64,000 bases of DNA, taken from NCBI GenBank assembly GCA_964403835.1, contig CAYOHR010000004.1:44553-108552 (forward strand). Reading direction: 5' to 3'. The position numbers were made by a program, and so were the translations under genes. Of the stretch, positions 40,330-50,181 are shown piece by piece. Every line of letters starts with the position of its first letter. The first letter of the stretch is position 1. Source of the DNA: an uncultured Flavobacteriales bacterium. GTDB lineage: Bacteria > Bacteroidota > Bacteroidia > Flavobacteriales_G > JALEGO01. The notes beneath the pieces were generated by a model that was given only the letters and a program-made list of their open reading frames with translations, ran no database searches and was not told where the DNA came from.

Positions 40330-41601
40330 ATGAGGATATTTTACCTTTTTACACTCTTTTATTTATTTTTTATCGGTCTCGCTCAGACTCAAATTCTTGT
40401 AAGCATACAAGCAGATACAGCTTGTCCCGGAGCGCTTACAAATCTTATGTCTACTTCTACCACAACCAATGGAAATATTATTGATTATGCTTGGGATTTA
40501 GATCATGACGGACAATTTGACGATGAAATAAACCCCACTATTTTGCATAATTTTAATAGTGCTGTTGATGTAACTATTGGGTTAAAGGTTACCACGGATG
40601 TTCCACAGTCCGATTCGGCATATTTTACCATTCATTTTAGAAATAAGCCTGTTGCTAGTTTTAATATACAAAACATTTGTTTAGGGAATATTTCTCAGTT
40701 TAATAATCTTTCTACCATAGAAGGAAGTGATGTGCTAGATTATTTTTGGGACTTTGGAGATGGGAATACTTCTACCCTTAAATTTCCTTCTAATACGTAT
40801 GCAACTATTGGAAATTACTCCCCCTCTTTAATTGTTCGAAGTCAGCATAATTGCCAAGACACCTTAGTGAAAAATATTACAATCCGCGAATTACCAGAAG
40901 TAAAAATACATGTGGTGGGCGATTTAATCATTTGTGACAATAATGTAACAACCTTAGAGGCTCAAACCAATGTAAGTTATTTTTGGTCAACAGGAGAGAA
41001 CTCAAACAGCATTATTATTTCTACTCCCGGCACGTATTATTTGGTAGGAACAGACTCTTTATCCTGTGTTAATCGGGATAGTGTTCAAATTACACTTTCT
41101 CAAAATCCGGCTTTAACTGTTTCTAAGGATACCTTTATTGTGCGGGGTGAAAATGCACAGATTTCAGTAAATGGAGCCGATTCTTATGTTTGGAGTCCTT
41201 CTGAAGGTCTTTCTTCTACAACAAGCGATAACATATTAGCTTCTCCTCAAAATACAACAACGTATGAAGTAACGGGGCAAAATTTATTTGGATGCAGCTC
41301 AACAAAATCAGTCACCATAGAGGTATTAGATAGTTATTATATAGATTATACCAATTCAATCACACCCAATGGAGATGGCTTGAATGATTTTTTTATTATT
41401 CGAAATAAATTTATGTTTAAAGAGTGTCCGTTAACCATTTACAATCAAGCTGGGGATGAGGTATACTCTAATAATAATTACAACAACGAATGGAATGGGA
41501 CTTTTAGTGGAAAAGCATTACCACCCGACACTTACTATTTTACCATTAAGTGTGAAAAAGAAGAAAATTCATTTACCGGAGCTATAACTCTTATTCGATG
41601 A
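40330..41601 (+). CDS. PKD-domain T9SS cargo with type B CTD
   Basis: YAWDLD, YFWDFGDG (PKD); TPNGDGLNDFF..IYNQAG..WNG..TYYF..GAITLIR. Confidence 0.87.
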   Translation: MRIFYLFTLFYLFFIGLAQTQILVSIQADTACPGALTNLMSTSTTTNGNIIDYAWDLDHDGQFDDEINPTILHNFNSAVDVTIGLKVTTDVPQSDSAYFTIHFRNKPVASFNIQNICLGNISQFNNLSTIEGSDVLDYFWDFGDGNTSTLKFPSNTYATIGNYSPSLIVRSQHNCQDTLVKNITIRELPEVKIHVVGDLIICDNNVTTLEAQTNVSYFWSTGENSNSIIISTPGTYYLVGTDSLSCVNRDSVQITLSQNPALTVSKDTFIVRGENAQISVNGADSYVWSPSEGLSSTTSDNILASPQNTTTYEVTGQNLFGCSSTKSVTIEVLDSYYIDYTNSITPNGDGLNDFFIIRNKFMFKECPLTIYNQAGDEVYSNNNYNNEWNGTFSGKALPPDTYYFTIKCEKEENSFTGAITLIR

Positions 41602-43007
41602 GCATTTGCGGAGAGAAAATATTATTTTTTTTCTTACTCTTTTTTGGGGTAAAGGCTTTGTATGCACAACAAAATGGCTTATCTAATCAATATTTATTAA
41701 ATGGCTATTATTTTAATCCGGCTTTTGCAGGAAAATCAAATGAAATAAACGGTCTTTTAGGATATAGAAAACAATGGGTGGGTTTTAAAGGAGCCCCCAC
41801 AACTAAATATTTTTCAATTAATAGCAGTGTGAAAGAAAACATGGGAATAGGTGCTGCAGCAAATATTGAAGAATTTAACATTATTGAAAAATTTAGTGCC
41901 CGAATTTCGTATGCTTATAAAGCAAAACTATCTGATAATCATTTAATTGCATTTGGTTTAGACGGGACGTATCAAGAAAATAGGTTAAAAGCTGCCGATA
42001 TTGATGTAGATTTTGGAAATGACCCGCTTTTATTGAGCAGTACTTTTTATAGAGGTTCCACTTTTGACGCCAATTTTGGTATTCGGTATCAATTTAAAAA
42101 GTTTGAACTGGGTATGGCCGGCATAAATATATTTCAACAAAAAAGTGTATTGAAGTCAGAAAATAACAATAATCAAAGTCAATATTTAAACATACGGCAC
42201 TATAATATATCTGCCTCTTATGAATTGAATGTATTAGAAAATGCTTTACAATTGACCCCTTTTGTATTTGGCCGATATGCGGAAAAAACTCCATTTTCGA
42301 TAGATGGAGGAGTAAAAGCAGCATGGAAAAATGCAGTTTGGTTAGCCATGGCTTATCGCACCAATCATACCTTAATAGGGAGTTTGGGGGTAAACATTGC
42401 TGATTATGTTCAAATAGGATATTCTTACGATGCTGGTTTTGGAACAGATATTTCTACCTTTTATAAAAACACACATGAAGTGTATGTTGGGTTTAAAATA
42501 GGGTATAAGTCTGAAACAAAGAGCGCTGCTGATTTTAAGCAAACCTTGGCCTTAGAAATGAGGGCAGATAGTTTAGCCAATGAATTAAATAAAAAGGACC
42601 TGGAAGTGAAGCAAATGAATGAGAATTTGGCCAATAAAGAATTGGAATATAAAAACAAGCTTAAATCCATCGAGGACGAAAGGAAAGATGATGTTTTAAT
42701 AAATAGCGAATCAAAAGATCAAGTAAATGACACTACTAAAGAAATAGGTGCTGACTTTGTCACCATGGATCAATTACACAAAGGGCATTACATTGTTGTT
42801 AAATCCTTTTTAAATAAGGAATTTGCCCTAAATGCCATGACTGAAATAAAAACAAAAGGATACCAACCTTTATTAGTTTATAATAAAAGTAGGGGATATT
42901 ATTATGTTTATATAGAAAAATTAGATAATTTGCAGTCGGCTTTAAAAGAATTAGAAAATATTAAAAATGCAGGCTTTAAAGATGCCTGGCTCTATTTGCA
43001 CCAATAA
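41598..43007 (+). CDS. PorP/SprF-family T9SS membrane protein fused to a coiled coil and C-terminal SPOR-like domain
   Basis: QYLLNGYYFNPAFAG, YRKQWVGFKGAP, IGYSYD, THEV; then an ELNKKDLE coil and YIVVKSF...YYYVY...GFKDAW. Confidence 0.85.
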   Translation: MSICGEKILFFFLLFFGVKALYAQQNGLSNQYLLNGYYFNPAFAGKSNEINGLLGYRKQWVGFKGAPTTKYFSINSSVKENMGIGAAANIEEFNIIEKFSARISYAYKAKLSDNHLIAFGLDGTYQENRLKAADIDVDFGNDPLLLSSTFYRGSTFDANFGIRYQFKKFELGMAGINIFQQKSVLKSENNNNQSQYLNIRHYNISASYELNVLENALQLTPFVFGRYAEKTPFSIDGGVKAAWKNAVWLAMAYRTNHTLIGSLGVNIADYVQIGYSYDAGFGTDISTFYKNTHEVYVGFKIGYKSETKSAADFKQTLALEMRADSLANELNKKDLEVKQMNENLANKELEYKNKLKSIEDERKDDVLINSESKDQVNDTTKEIGADFVTMDQLHKGHYIVVKSFLNKEFALNAMTEIKTKGYQPLLVYNKSRGYYYVYIEKLDNLQSALKELENIKNAGFKDAWLYLHQ

Positions 43008-43035
43008 ATGAATTGTTAATTAAATTATTATTAGT

Positions 43036-45639
43036 ATGAGAATGAATTACTTAAAAAATGGCGTGTTGACGGGATTAATCTTGTTAGGGTTGAATGCTGC
43101 AAATGTATTTGCAACATTACCAAAAGGGTTTAGCTACCAAGGTATTGTAAGAGATATCGCAGGAGATGTTCAACCCAATAAAACTTTGTTGGCTCGGATG
43201 AGTATTAGAGAAGGATCAGCAACAGGCCTTGTAGTATGGCAAGAACAACATACTAAAACAACCAACGAGTTTGGTTTACTAAACGTAATAGTTGGAACAG
43301 GTATCAACACTGGAGGTGGTACTTTGAATAATTTTGATGAAGTTAATTGGGCATCGGATATTTACTTTTTGGAAGTAGAAATTGATTTTGGAAGTGGCAT
43401 GAAAAGTGTTGGAACAACGCAATTATTAACCGTACCTTATTCGATGGTAGCTGACACTGTTTTAAGAAGTGGTATACAATATTTAAAGTTAGTTGACTTA
43501 AAAGATGTGGATGCATCTAGCGTTACTAATGGAAATGTATTGGTATGGAGCGGAACAAAATGGGTAAAAGGAGATTCTATTAAAACTGATTATATTCAAG
43601 TATCTCAATCAATTAATACCCCGCTTTTAGTTTCTGATTCTATTTCAGCCGTTAGCATTAATGCAGATAATATTCAATCTAATATTGGTAATATCGCACT
43701 TTTTAGCGCTCAAGACGGGTATATTAATAATTTAGGTGGTAATGTTGCCATTTTTGATACCATCAATTCATATCAAATAACAAGTAATATTGGTCAAATA
43801 GAAAATCTTTCTGGTGATAATTTAACATTCAATAGTGGTAATATTTCAAGTATTACCTCAAATTCTCTCTCAACAAATAGTTTTTCAACCAACTTATTTT
43901 CGGCTGATAGCATTTCAACAAATCATATTTCTTCTGTATCTATCGCAAGTAATTCATTAACAAGTACTTCTGGAAGTATTAATCATTTAAATACCATGGC
44001 AATTACTACAGATTCGTTAAACGTGAATTTGCTTACTGCAGATAGTATAGATGCTAATTATGCTAATATTCATTACATTGTTACCGACACAGTAAGTACT
44101 AATCTTTTATTATCGAACGCAATAATTTCTTCGACTGCTGAGATAGATTTAGCACATATTACAACAGGCAATATTGATTACTTGAACGTAACCAATTTAA
44201 ATGCTTTAAATATGAATGAAAAAGATGGTGATACAACAAATGAGGTTATTACAAGCATTATTTTAGATGTAAATAATCATCTTCAAATATATGAAGGCGA
44301 TGATCATAGCAGTGTTGATTTAAGCTCTTTAGCAGATGCCGATGGAGATTCTACCAATGAAGCTATAGATACACTTATCTTATCAGGAACTACCTTAACA
44401 ATTAATGAAGGAACTAATACTCAAACCGTGAATTTATCTTCACTAGCTATTGATAATAGTGTTTCAAATGAGTTAATTGATTCGGTTTATATGATCGGAA
44501 ATACTTTATTTGTGGCAGAAAACGGAAATCTTAAATCAGTAGATATTACTACACTTTTAGGAGATTTAGATTCTACCAATGAGTTAATTACAGACGTTCA
44601 ATTACATGGAGATACCTTGATTATTTCTGAAGGAGTTCATGTTAAGCAATTAATTTTACAAGGCTTATCAGGAAATGATAGTATACATCCTTCGTATGCT
44701 GATATCAATGATGCTGATATCAATCACTTGGATGTAAATTTGGCTACTTTCGATTCAACGACTACTAATTATGGCGTAGTAAATAGTTTACATACAACGG
44801 CTATATATACTGATTACATGCAATCTGCTCAAGTAGAGATTATTTCCGCATTAATTAATCAAATAGATGTGGATAGTATTGATAATACGTATTTCCGTGG
44901 ACAACAAGTCCATGCTCATATGGGAACTTTCGATTCTTTAAATATCAACCAATTGATGGTTGATTCTGTTTCTACCATGTATGTACAAAGTACGTATGCA
45001 AGCATAGATACCTTAGTTAATCATCAAATAACTACTTCTAATGTAGTGGCAGATGCAGTAAATGCGGTTAACTTAAATATTTATGATAACACAACATTAG
45101 GGGATGATGCAAATTCTGACTTTGTAAATGTAAATGCAAATGCTGTTTTTTCAGGCAATGTTGTGAATTTTGGACAAATGGATAATTTTGGTTCGGTAAT
45201 AAATTACGCAAATGTTACTAATAATGGAATTTTAGAGCAAAATGATTCTCTTAATATGCATGCTCCATTAAAAACTAATAGCAACATTATCGTGAGTGAT
45301 ACTATGCTTACCATTGATGGAAGCAATGGTAATTTAGTAACCTTAGGTACGTTAACAGTGGGTACTGGCGGAAGTGCTGTAACAAAAATTATTAAAACAA
45401 CTGTTGCTGTGGATATCAGCAATGTTACTCCAGGTTTAATGACTACAGTAAATATCCCGGTTGTAGGCGCTAATTTAGGATCGGTAGTATCTGTTTCTAC
45501 GCAAGAAGATTTAGGATATTTAATTATTTCATCTAGCAGAGTTTCTTCCGTTGATTTAGTGACTGTAAAAATATTTAATCCTTCTGGATCGGCTATTAAT
45601 CCAGCAGAAATGGAATTTTACATCACGGTTGTAGAATAA
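43036..45639 (+). CDS. Secreted repeat-rich fibre-like protein of unknown function
   Basis: Signal peptide; FSYQGIVRD..WQEQH..TNEFGL..NW..YFLEVEID..TQLLTVPY head; ~10-aa periodic repeats; four DxTNE repeats; no T9SS CTD. Confidence 0.75.
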   Translation: MRMNYLKNGVLTGLILLGLNAANVFATLPKGFSYQGIVRDIAGDVQPNKTLLARMSIREGSATGLVVWQEQHTKTTNEFGLLNVIVGTGINTGGGTLNNFDEVNWASDIYFLEVEIDFGSGMKSVGTTQLLTVPYSMVADTVLRSGIQYLKLVDLKDVDASSVTNGNVLVWSGTKWVKGDSIKTDYIQVSQSINTPLLVSDSISAVSINADNIQSNIGNIALFSAQDGYINNLGGNVAIFDTINSYQITSNIGQIENLSGDNLTFNSGNISSITSNSLSTNSFSTNLFSADSISTNHISSVSIASNSLTSTSGSINHLNTMAITTDSLNVNLLTADSIDANYANIHYIVTDTVSTNLLLSNAIISSTAEIDLAHITTGNIDYLNVTNLNALNMNEKDGDTTNEVITSIILDVNNHLQIYEGDDHSSVDLSSLADADGDSTNEAIDTLILSGTTLTINEGTNTQTVNLSSLAIDNSVSNELIDSVYMIGNTLFVAENGNLKSVDITTLLGDLDSTNELITDVQLHGDTLIISEGVHVKQLILQGLSGNDSIHPSYADINDADINHLDVNLATFDSTTTNYGVVNSLHTTAIYTDYMQSAQVEIISALINQIDVDSIDNTYFRGQQVHAHMGTFDSLNINQLMVDSVSTMYVQSTYASIDTLVNHQITTSNVVADAVNAVNLNIYDNTTLGDDANSDFVNVNANAVFSGNVVNFGQMDNFGSVINYANVTNNGILEQNDSLNMHAPLKTNSNIIVSDTMLTIDGSNGNLVTLGTLTVGTGGSAVTKIIKTTVAVDISNVTPGLMTTVNIPVVGANLGSVVSVSTQEDLGYLIISSSRVSSVDLVTVKIFNPSGSAINPAEMEFYITVVE

Positions 45640-45657
45640 CCTTATAAATATTTAATT

Positions 45658-45688
45658 AAAAAGGCGGTGAATTTTCACCGCCTTTTTT
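45658..45688. terminator. Bidirectional intrinsic terminator
   Basis: AAAAAGGCGGTGAA-TT-TTCACCGCCTTTTTT between convergent genes. Confidence 0.88.
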
Positions 45689-45816
45689 GTTACATACCGC
45701 TGGCTAATTAAGTTATAGATTAAAACATACGGCAGCGCTGCTAAATATTTGCAGATACATTAACGCGCATTAATTATTTAAATAAAAGGGTATGTCGGAA
45801 GAAAATTAATTCTGAT

Positions 45817-47121
45817 TTACACTTTCACCGCCTCAATTTGATCATTAATAAGCAATATACTGCAAACCATGCCCATGCTTAAAGCGCCCACAATATACAA
45901 GTAATGCGGCCATACTAAAACGCCGGGCAGTAAGTAAAATAAAATGGCAAATAGAAACGGAAGCAATATTTTAATACTTCTTTTTTTGAAAAACAAGAGC
46001 ACAATGCCCACATTAAAAAACAATAAAAATTTCTTCAAACAACTTAAAAATTTAGCCCAATAGGTTTTAAAAGCGAATGAAAAATCATGCATCACAATAT
46101 CTGTATATTTCTTTTTTAATATGCCTTCATACTCTTTTGGCATGCTTAAAGGATTAAATTTTGGGATATTTTCTTGCGGATTTTCTTTGGCATATTGTCG
46201 GGCGGTTTGGTAGCCATAATCATCGGCCCAAACAATTCCATATTTATTATCTTTTTCATACCCCAGGCCTAAGTATAAAGAGTGCCATACAATATGCGAA
46301 AACATAAAACCCTGAAACATACGTTCATCAAAACCTTTTTGAATTAATTGTTCGTTCCTGTTCTCAATAATCCTGTGAAACATCCATTTTGGGATGAAAA
46401 AGCTAGCCAGCAAGGCAATGAGAATCAATTTTTTAGGTGTGGTTAATTTATGCAAGGCGAATATAATTCCGGTTAATAAGAATATAATAATGCCTGTTCC
46501 CGCATGATTCCTCATAATATTGAGCCACCCGGCTATAAAACAGACCACTAAAATGGCGGTAATTTGAACCGCATACATTTTGTGTTTAGCTGCCCAAATA
46601 ATCATGGGAATAAAAGAACAAGCGACAAAAGAAAAGATGTATACATCTTGCACATAAAAACAAAAAAACGTTAAAATGCCATATAAAACTGAAGCTAGTA
46701 TAAAAGGTGTTTTTTTCTTAAACAGTAAATGAAAGCCCAAAATGGCAATAAAATAACTGCCAAATAAAGCAATATAACAAAATACGTTATAGGCTTCTAT
46801 AGAAGTCAGATTAAACCAAACACTTATTTTTGGAATAAAATAATAAATACCTAAATCGTCTCCGGCGGTTTCCATAGGGAAAATAGCTTTTTTTACCGAT
46901 TGATCCTGATCTACAAAATCAACATACCGTATTAAATCGGTTTTTTCGGCCTTATAAGCCTCTACAGCATCATAAAGGTGCCCTTGGCGGTTTCCTTTGT
47001 TCATGAATATCAAAAATTCGTCTGGGGCGTCTAGTTGATGTAGTAAGGATGGGAATACATTGCAAAGAATGATAATAACCACAAAAATAAACCCTGCGAT
47101 AATAAACCTGAATTTTTGCAT
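45817..47121 (-). CDS. Polytopic membrane protein of unknown function (GT-C-like topology); probable start MQKF at 47121
   Basis: About 10-11 hydrophobic segments with two periplasmic loops; HIVWHSLYLGLG motif. Confidence 0.6.
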   Translation of the reverse strand: MQKFRFIIAGFIFVVIIILCNVFPSLLHQLDAPDEFLIFMNKGNRQGHLYDAVEAYKAEKTDLIRYVDFVDQDQSVKKAIFPMETAGDDLGIYYFIPKISVWFNLTSIEAYNVFCYIALFGSYFIAILGFHLLFKKKTPFILASVLYGILTFFCFYVQDVYIFSFVACSFIPMIIWAAKHKMYAVQITAILVVCFIAGWLNIMRNHAGTGIIIFLLTGIIFALHKLTTPKKLILIALLASFFIPKWMFHRIIENRNEQLIQKGFDERMFQGFMFSHIVWHSLYLGLGYEKDNKYGIVWADDYGYQTARQYAKENPQENIPKFNPLSMPKEYEGILKKKYTDIVMHDFSFAFKTYWAKFLSCLKKFLLFFNVGIVLLFFKKRSIKILLPFLFAILFYLLPGVLVWPHYLYIVGALSMGMVCSILLINDQIEAVKV

Positions 47122-47218
47122 AGAATAATAGAAAATAATTTTACAATAATAAGAATTACTCTTGTACCCGAAACATTTCTGCAGAACCAACGTTAAAGTC
47201 CTTCTGAAAAGATTTGAA

Positions 47219-48397
47219 ATGAGAAAAGCGATAAAATTATTTGGGGTACTTCTTTTGTTTTTTGTTCATGCTGTTTATAGTCAATCCGTTAAAGTAGGTG
47301 CCGAGCGTTTAAGCCAGTATCTCCCTCTCTTAAAAGATAAAAGAGTAGCCATTGTTGCCAACCAAACCTCTATGGTTGGTAAATCACATTTGGTAGATAC
47401 GCTGCTTGCACACAATATTAAAGTAATGAAAATATTATCTCCCGAACACGGTTTCCGGGGCATAGCAGATGCAGGAGAGCACATTAAAAATGGTGTAGAC
47501 TCTAAAACCGGCATTCCCATTGTTTCTTTATACGGAGATCATAAAAAGCCTTACCCCGGCGATTTACAAAATATTGATGTCGTTGTTTTTGATATCCAAG
47601 ATGTAGGAGTGCGCTTTTACACCTACATTTCTACCTTGCATTATGTAATGGAAGCCTGTGCAGAAAACAAAGTTTCTTTGCTTTTGCTCGATCGTCCGAA
47701 TCCCAATGGTTTTTATGTCGATGGACCTATGTTAGAAGAAAAATACAAATCTTTTGTGGGCATGGATCCTATTCCTTTGGTACACGGATTAACTCTGGGC
47801 GAATTTGCTCAAATGCTCAATGGTGAAAAATGGTTAAGCAATAAAGTTACCTGTGCTTTAACGGTTATTAAGTGTGAAAATTACACACATTCAACATTGT
47901 ATCATCTTCCTATAAAACCATCACCCAATTTAAAAAATATGTGTGCTGTTTATTTGTATCCATCGCTTGGTTTTTTTGAAGGAACGGTAGTAAGTGTTGG
48001 CCGCGGAACCGACAATCCCTTTTGTATGATAGGGTATCCTAAATTGGAAAATGCCGAGTATGCATTTACTCCAAAAAGTATGGATGGAGCCAAAAAACCA
48101 CCTTATGAAGGCATAGATTGTGGTGGGTTTAATTTAGAAAAATTTGCTAATGAAGATTCTCCTAAACAACAAGGCATTTATTTGCACTGGTTGCTGGGCT
48201 TATACCGAAGCTATCCGGATAAAGAAAAATTCTTTAGCAACGAAAAATTCTTTGATTTGCTTGCCGGAGGTAAAGATTTAAGAACTCAGATTAAACAAAA
48301 CTGGAGCGAATCTCAGATAAAAGAAACCTGGAAAGAAGGTTTAGATAAATATAAAGTCATGCGAAAAAAGTATTTGCTTTATGATGATTTTGAATAG
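47219..48397 (+). CDS. DUF1343 / exo-beta-N-acetylmuramidase NamZ-like protein (probable start 47219)
   Basis: VAIVANQTS, SPEHGFRG, FDIQDVGVRFYTY, LDRPNP, HGLTLGE, PSPNL, SVGRGT, YLLY. Confidence 0.88.
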   Translation: MRKAIKLFGVLLLFFVHAVYSQSVKVGAERLSQYLPLLKDKRVAIVANQTSMVGKSHLVDTLLAHNIKVMKILSPEHGFRGIADAGEHIKNGVDSKTGIPIVSLYGDHKKPYPGDLQNIDVVVFDIQDVGVRFYTYISTLHYVMEACAENKVSLLLLDRPNPNGFYVDGPMLEEKYKSFVGMDPIPLVHGLTLGEFAQMLNGEKWLSNKVTCALTVIKCENYTHSTLYHLPIKPSPNLKNMCAVYLYPSLGFFEGTVVSVGRGTDNPFCMIGYPKLENAEYAFTPKSMDGAKKPPYEGIDCGGFNLEKFANEDSPKQQGIYLHWLLGLYRSYPDKEKFFSNEKFFDLLAGGKDLRTQIKQNWSESQIKETWKEGLDKYKVMRKKYLLYDDFE

Positions 48398-48620
48398 ATA
48401 GTGGGCAAGCATTTACTTACGTTCAAAAAGGATTCTTGATTTAGAAGAAAAAGACCAAAAAGCGGTTCGTTTTTATATAGAAAAGGCTTTGGGTGTTCTA
48501 CCCAAGAATCTACCTATTTTATAAACCTACCTCAAAAGGTTAAAATTTCATTTTTTAGCTCATAAGTCCCTAATCCTGAAAAATTTATGATTTTTTAGAA
48601 AACATTCTTATCTTAGTTTT

Positions 48621-49160
48621 ATGGGATTAGTAAGTTTTTTACAAAAATACTTTACCAAAAAGTGGTTATTTAAGCAAGAAGAAAAGCCAAATACCCGCTC
48701 TTTACCTCCGATTATTAAAAATATTGGTTTCCTTATTTCCCTTCAAAAACCTGAGGATGAAAAGAGATTCAAAGAAATTGAAAAAATTCTGAAAGACTTT
48801 TTTAACGAAGCCGAAGAAATCAAGTGGATTGGTATTGTAAAAGCCAAAAAACAAAAAGTCAATTTGTTTAAAAGCACTGAAATTTTATTCAAAGATGACC
48901 TGAATATTTGGGGACAAATTAAAAATTTTACGGTTAAAAAATTTATCAACCAACCCTTTGATGTTTTATTTAATTTAACGGAGGATGAACTGCCTGTGGT
49001 TCAGATAATTATATCACAATCAAAAGCAAAATATAAAGTGGGCCGGGGTGGAAAAAAAATACAACTATATCAAGATTTTATGGTGAATCCGAGTATAAAA
49101 GGCAATTCAGTAGAATTGTTGCATGCTATTTTAGATTATTTAAAGATTGTAAAGTCGTAA
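48621..49160 (+). CDS. Conserved hypothetical protein (DUF6913-like)
   Basis: DLNIWGQIK..FINQPFDVLFN..SKAKYKVG motifs typical of Bacteroidota. Confidence 0.6.
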   Translation: MGLVSFLQKYFTKKWLFKQEEKPNTRSLPPIIKNIGFLISLQKPEDEKRFKEIEKILKDFFNEAEEIKWIGIVKAKKQKVNLFKSTEILFKDDLNIWGQIKNFTVKKFINQPFDVLFNLTEDELPVVQIIISQSKAKYKVGRGGKKIQLYQDFMVNPSIKGNSVELLHAILDYLKIVKS

Positions 49161-49170
49161 AATTATCAGA

Positions 49171-50181
49171 ATGGCTAAAATAAAAATTGGGATTGTAGGT
49201 TGCGGAAATATTGGGAAACGCCATGCTGCTGTTATTCAAAGCGAAGAAAGAGCCGTTTTGCAAGGTGTTTGTGATTGCAATGCGGAAGAAGCAAAAAACC
49301 TGGCAGAACTTTATGAAATGCCGTATTGGAAAGAATACAATGCATTTTTAAATGAAATTGATGCCGATATTATCAGTATTTGTACCCCGCACGATTTACA
49401 TGCCAAAATGGCCATCCAGGCTTTAGATAAAGGCTTTCATGTGATTGTTGAAAAACCCATGTGTTTATCCACGGCTGATGGAATAAGCATGATTGAAGCC
49501 GCCAACAGAAATAAAAAGAAATTATATGTCGTTAAACAAAATCGTTTTAATGTCCCCGTGCAGCTAACTACTGAAGCACTCACACAAGGCAAGTTGGGCC
49601 AAATATTTATGGTCAAATGTGATGTTTTGTGGAACCGTTTCGAGGGGTATTATAAAGATTCAGATTGGCGCGGTAAGCTAAAAAGAGAAGGAGGAGCCCT
49701 ATTTACACAAGGGAGCCATTTTATTGATTTGCTTATTTGGTGGTTTGGCGATGTGGTAAATGCTAAAACGCTCATTGATACCCAACACCATCAAATAGAA
49801 ACCGACGATTGTGGCATGAGCATTCTCCAGTTTAAATCGGGCGTAATGGGCTCGGTAAATTGGACCACCAATGTGTACAACAAAAATTATGAGGGAAGCA
49901 TTACCATTATTGGCGAAAACGGAACCATTAAAATTGGCGGCCAATACTTAAACAAAATAGAATATTGGGATGTAAAATCCTTTCCTTTGCAAGAAGGCAT
50001 TGAGTTTGTTGATAAACCCAATAGCTATGGTAAATACCAGGGTACCAGCTCCAACCACGATAAAGTTTTTAAAAATATTATTGCTAATTTAAAAAAGGAA
50101 AACGATCAAATTGTGGAAGGACCCGAAGGCATTAAATCCATTCAAGTCATTGAAATGATTTACGCCGGCGTTAAATCTTAA
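49171..50181 (+). CDS. Gfo/Idh/MocA oxidoreductase (WbpB/WlbA-like)
   Basis: GIVGCGNIG, ICTPHDLH, VEKP, VKQNRFN, WRG..GGALFTQGSHFIDL. Confidence 0.85.
   Translation: MAKIKIGIVGCGNIGKRHAAVIQSEERAVLQGVCDCNAEEAKNLAELYEMPYWKEYNAFLNEIDADIISICTPHDLHAKMAIQALDKGFHVIVEKPMCLSTADGISMIEAANRNKKKLYVVKQNRFNVPVQLTTEALTQGKLGQIFMVKCDVLWNRFEGYYKDSDWRGKLKREGGALFTQGSHFIDLLIWWFGDVVNAKTLIDTQHHQIETDDCGMSILQFKSGVMGSVNWTTNVYNKNYEGSITIIGENGTIKIGGQYLNKIEYWDVKSFPLQEGIEFVDKPNSYGKYQGTSSNHDKVFKNIIANLKKENDQIVEGPEGIKSIQVIEMIYAGVKS

Noticed and set aside
45732-45741. Perfect palindrome GCAGCGCTGC after the terminator
   Set aside because: It is only 10 bp, with no second copy noticed and no associated promoter; chance is plausible.
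47162-47218. Apparent head-to-head overlap between the membrane protein and NamZ-like ORFs in the track
   Set aside because: It is an artefact of extended alternative starts; the likely ATGs are at 47121 (-) and 47219 (+).
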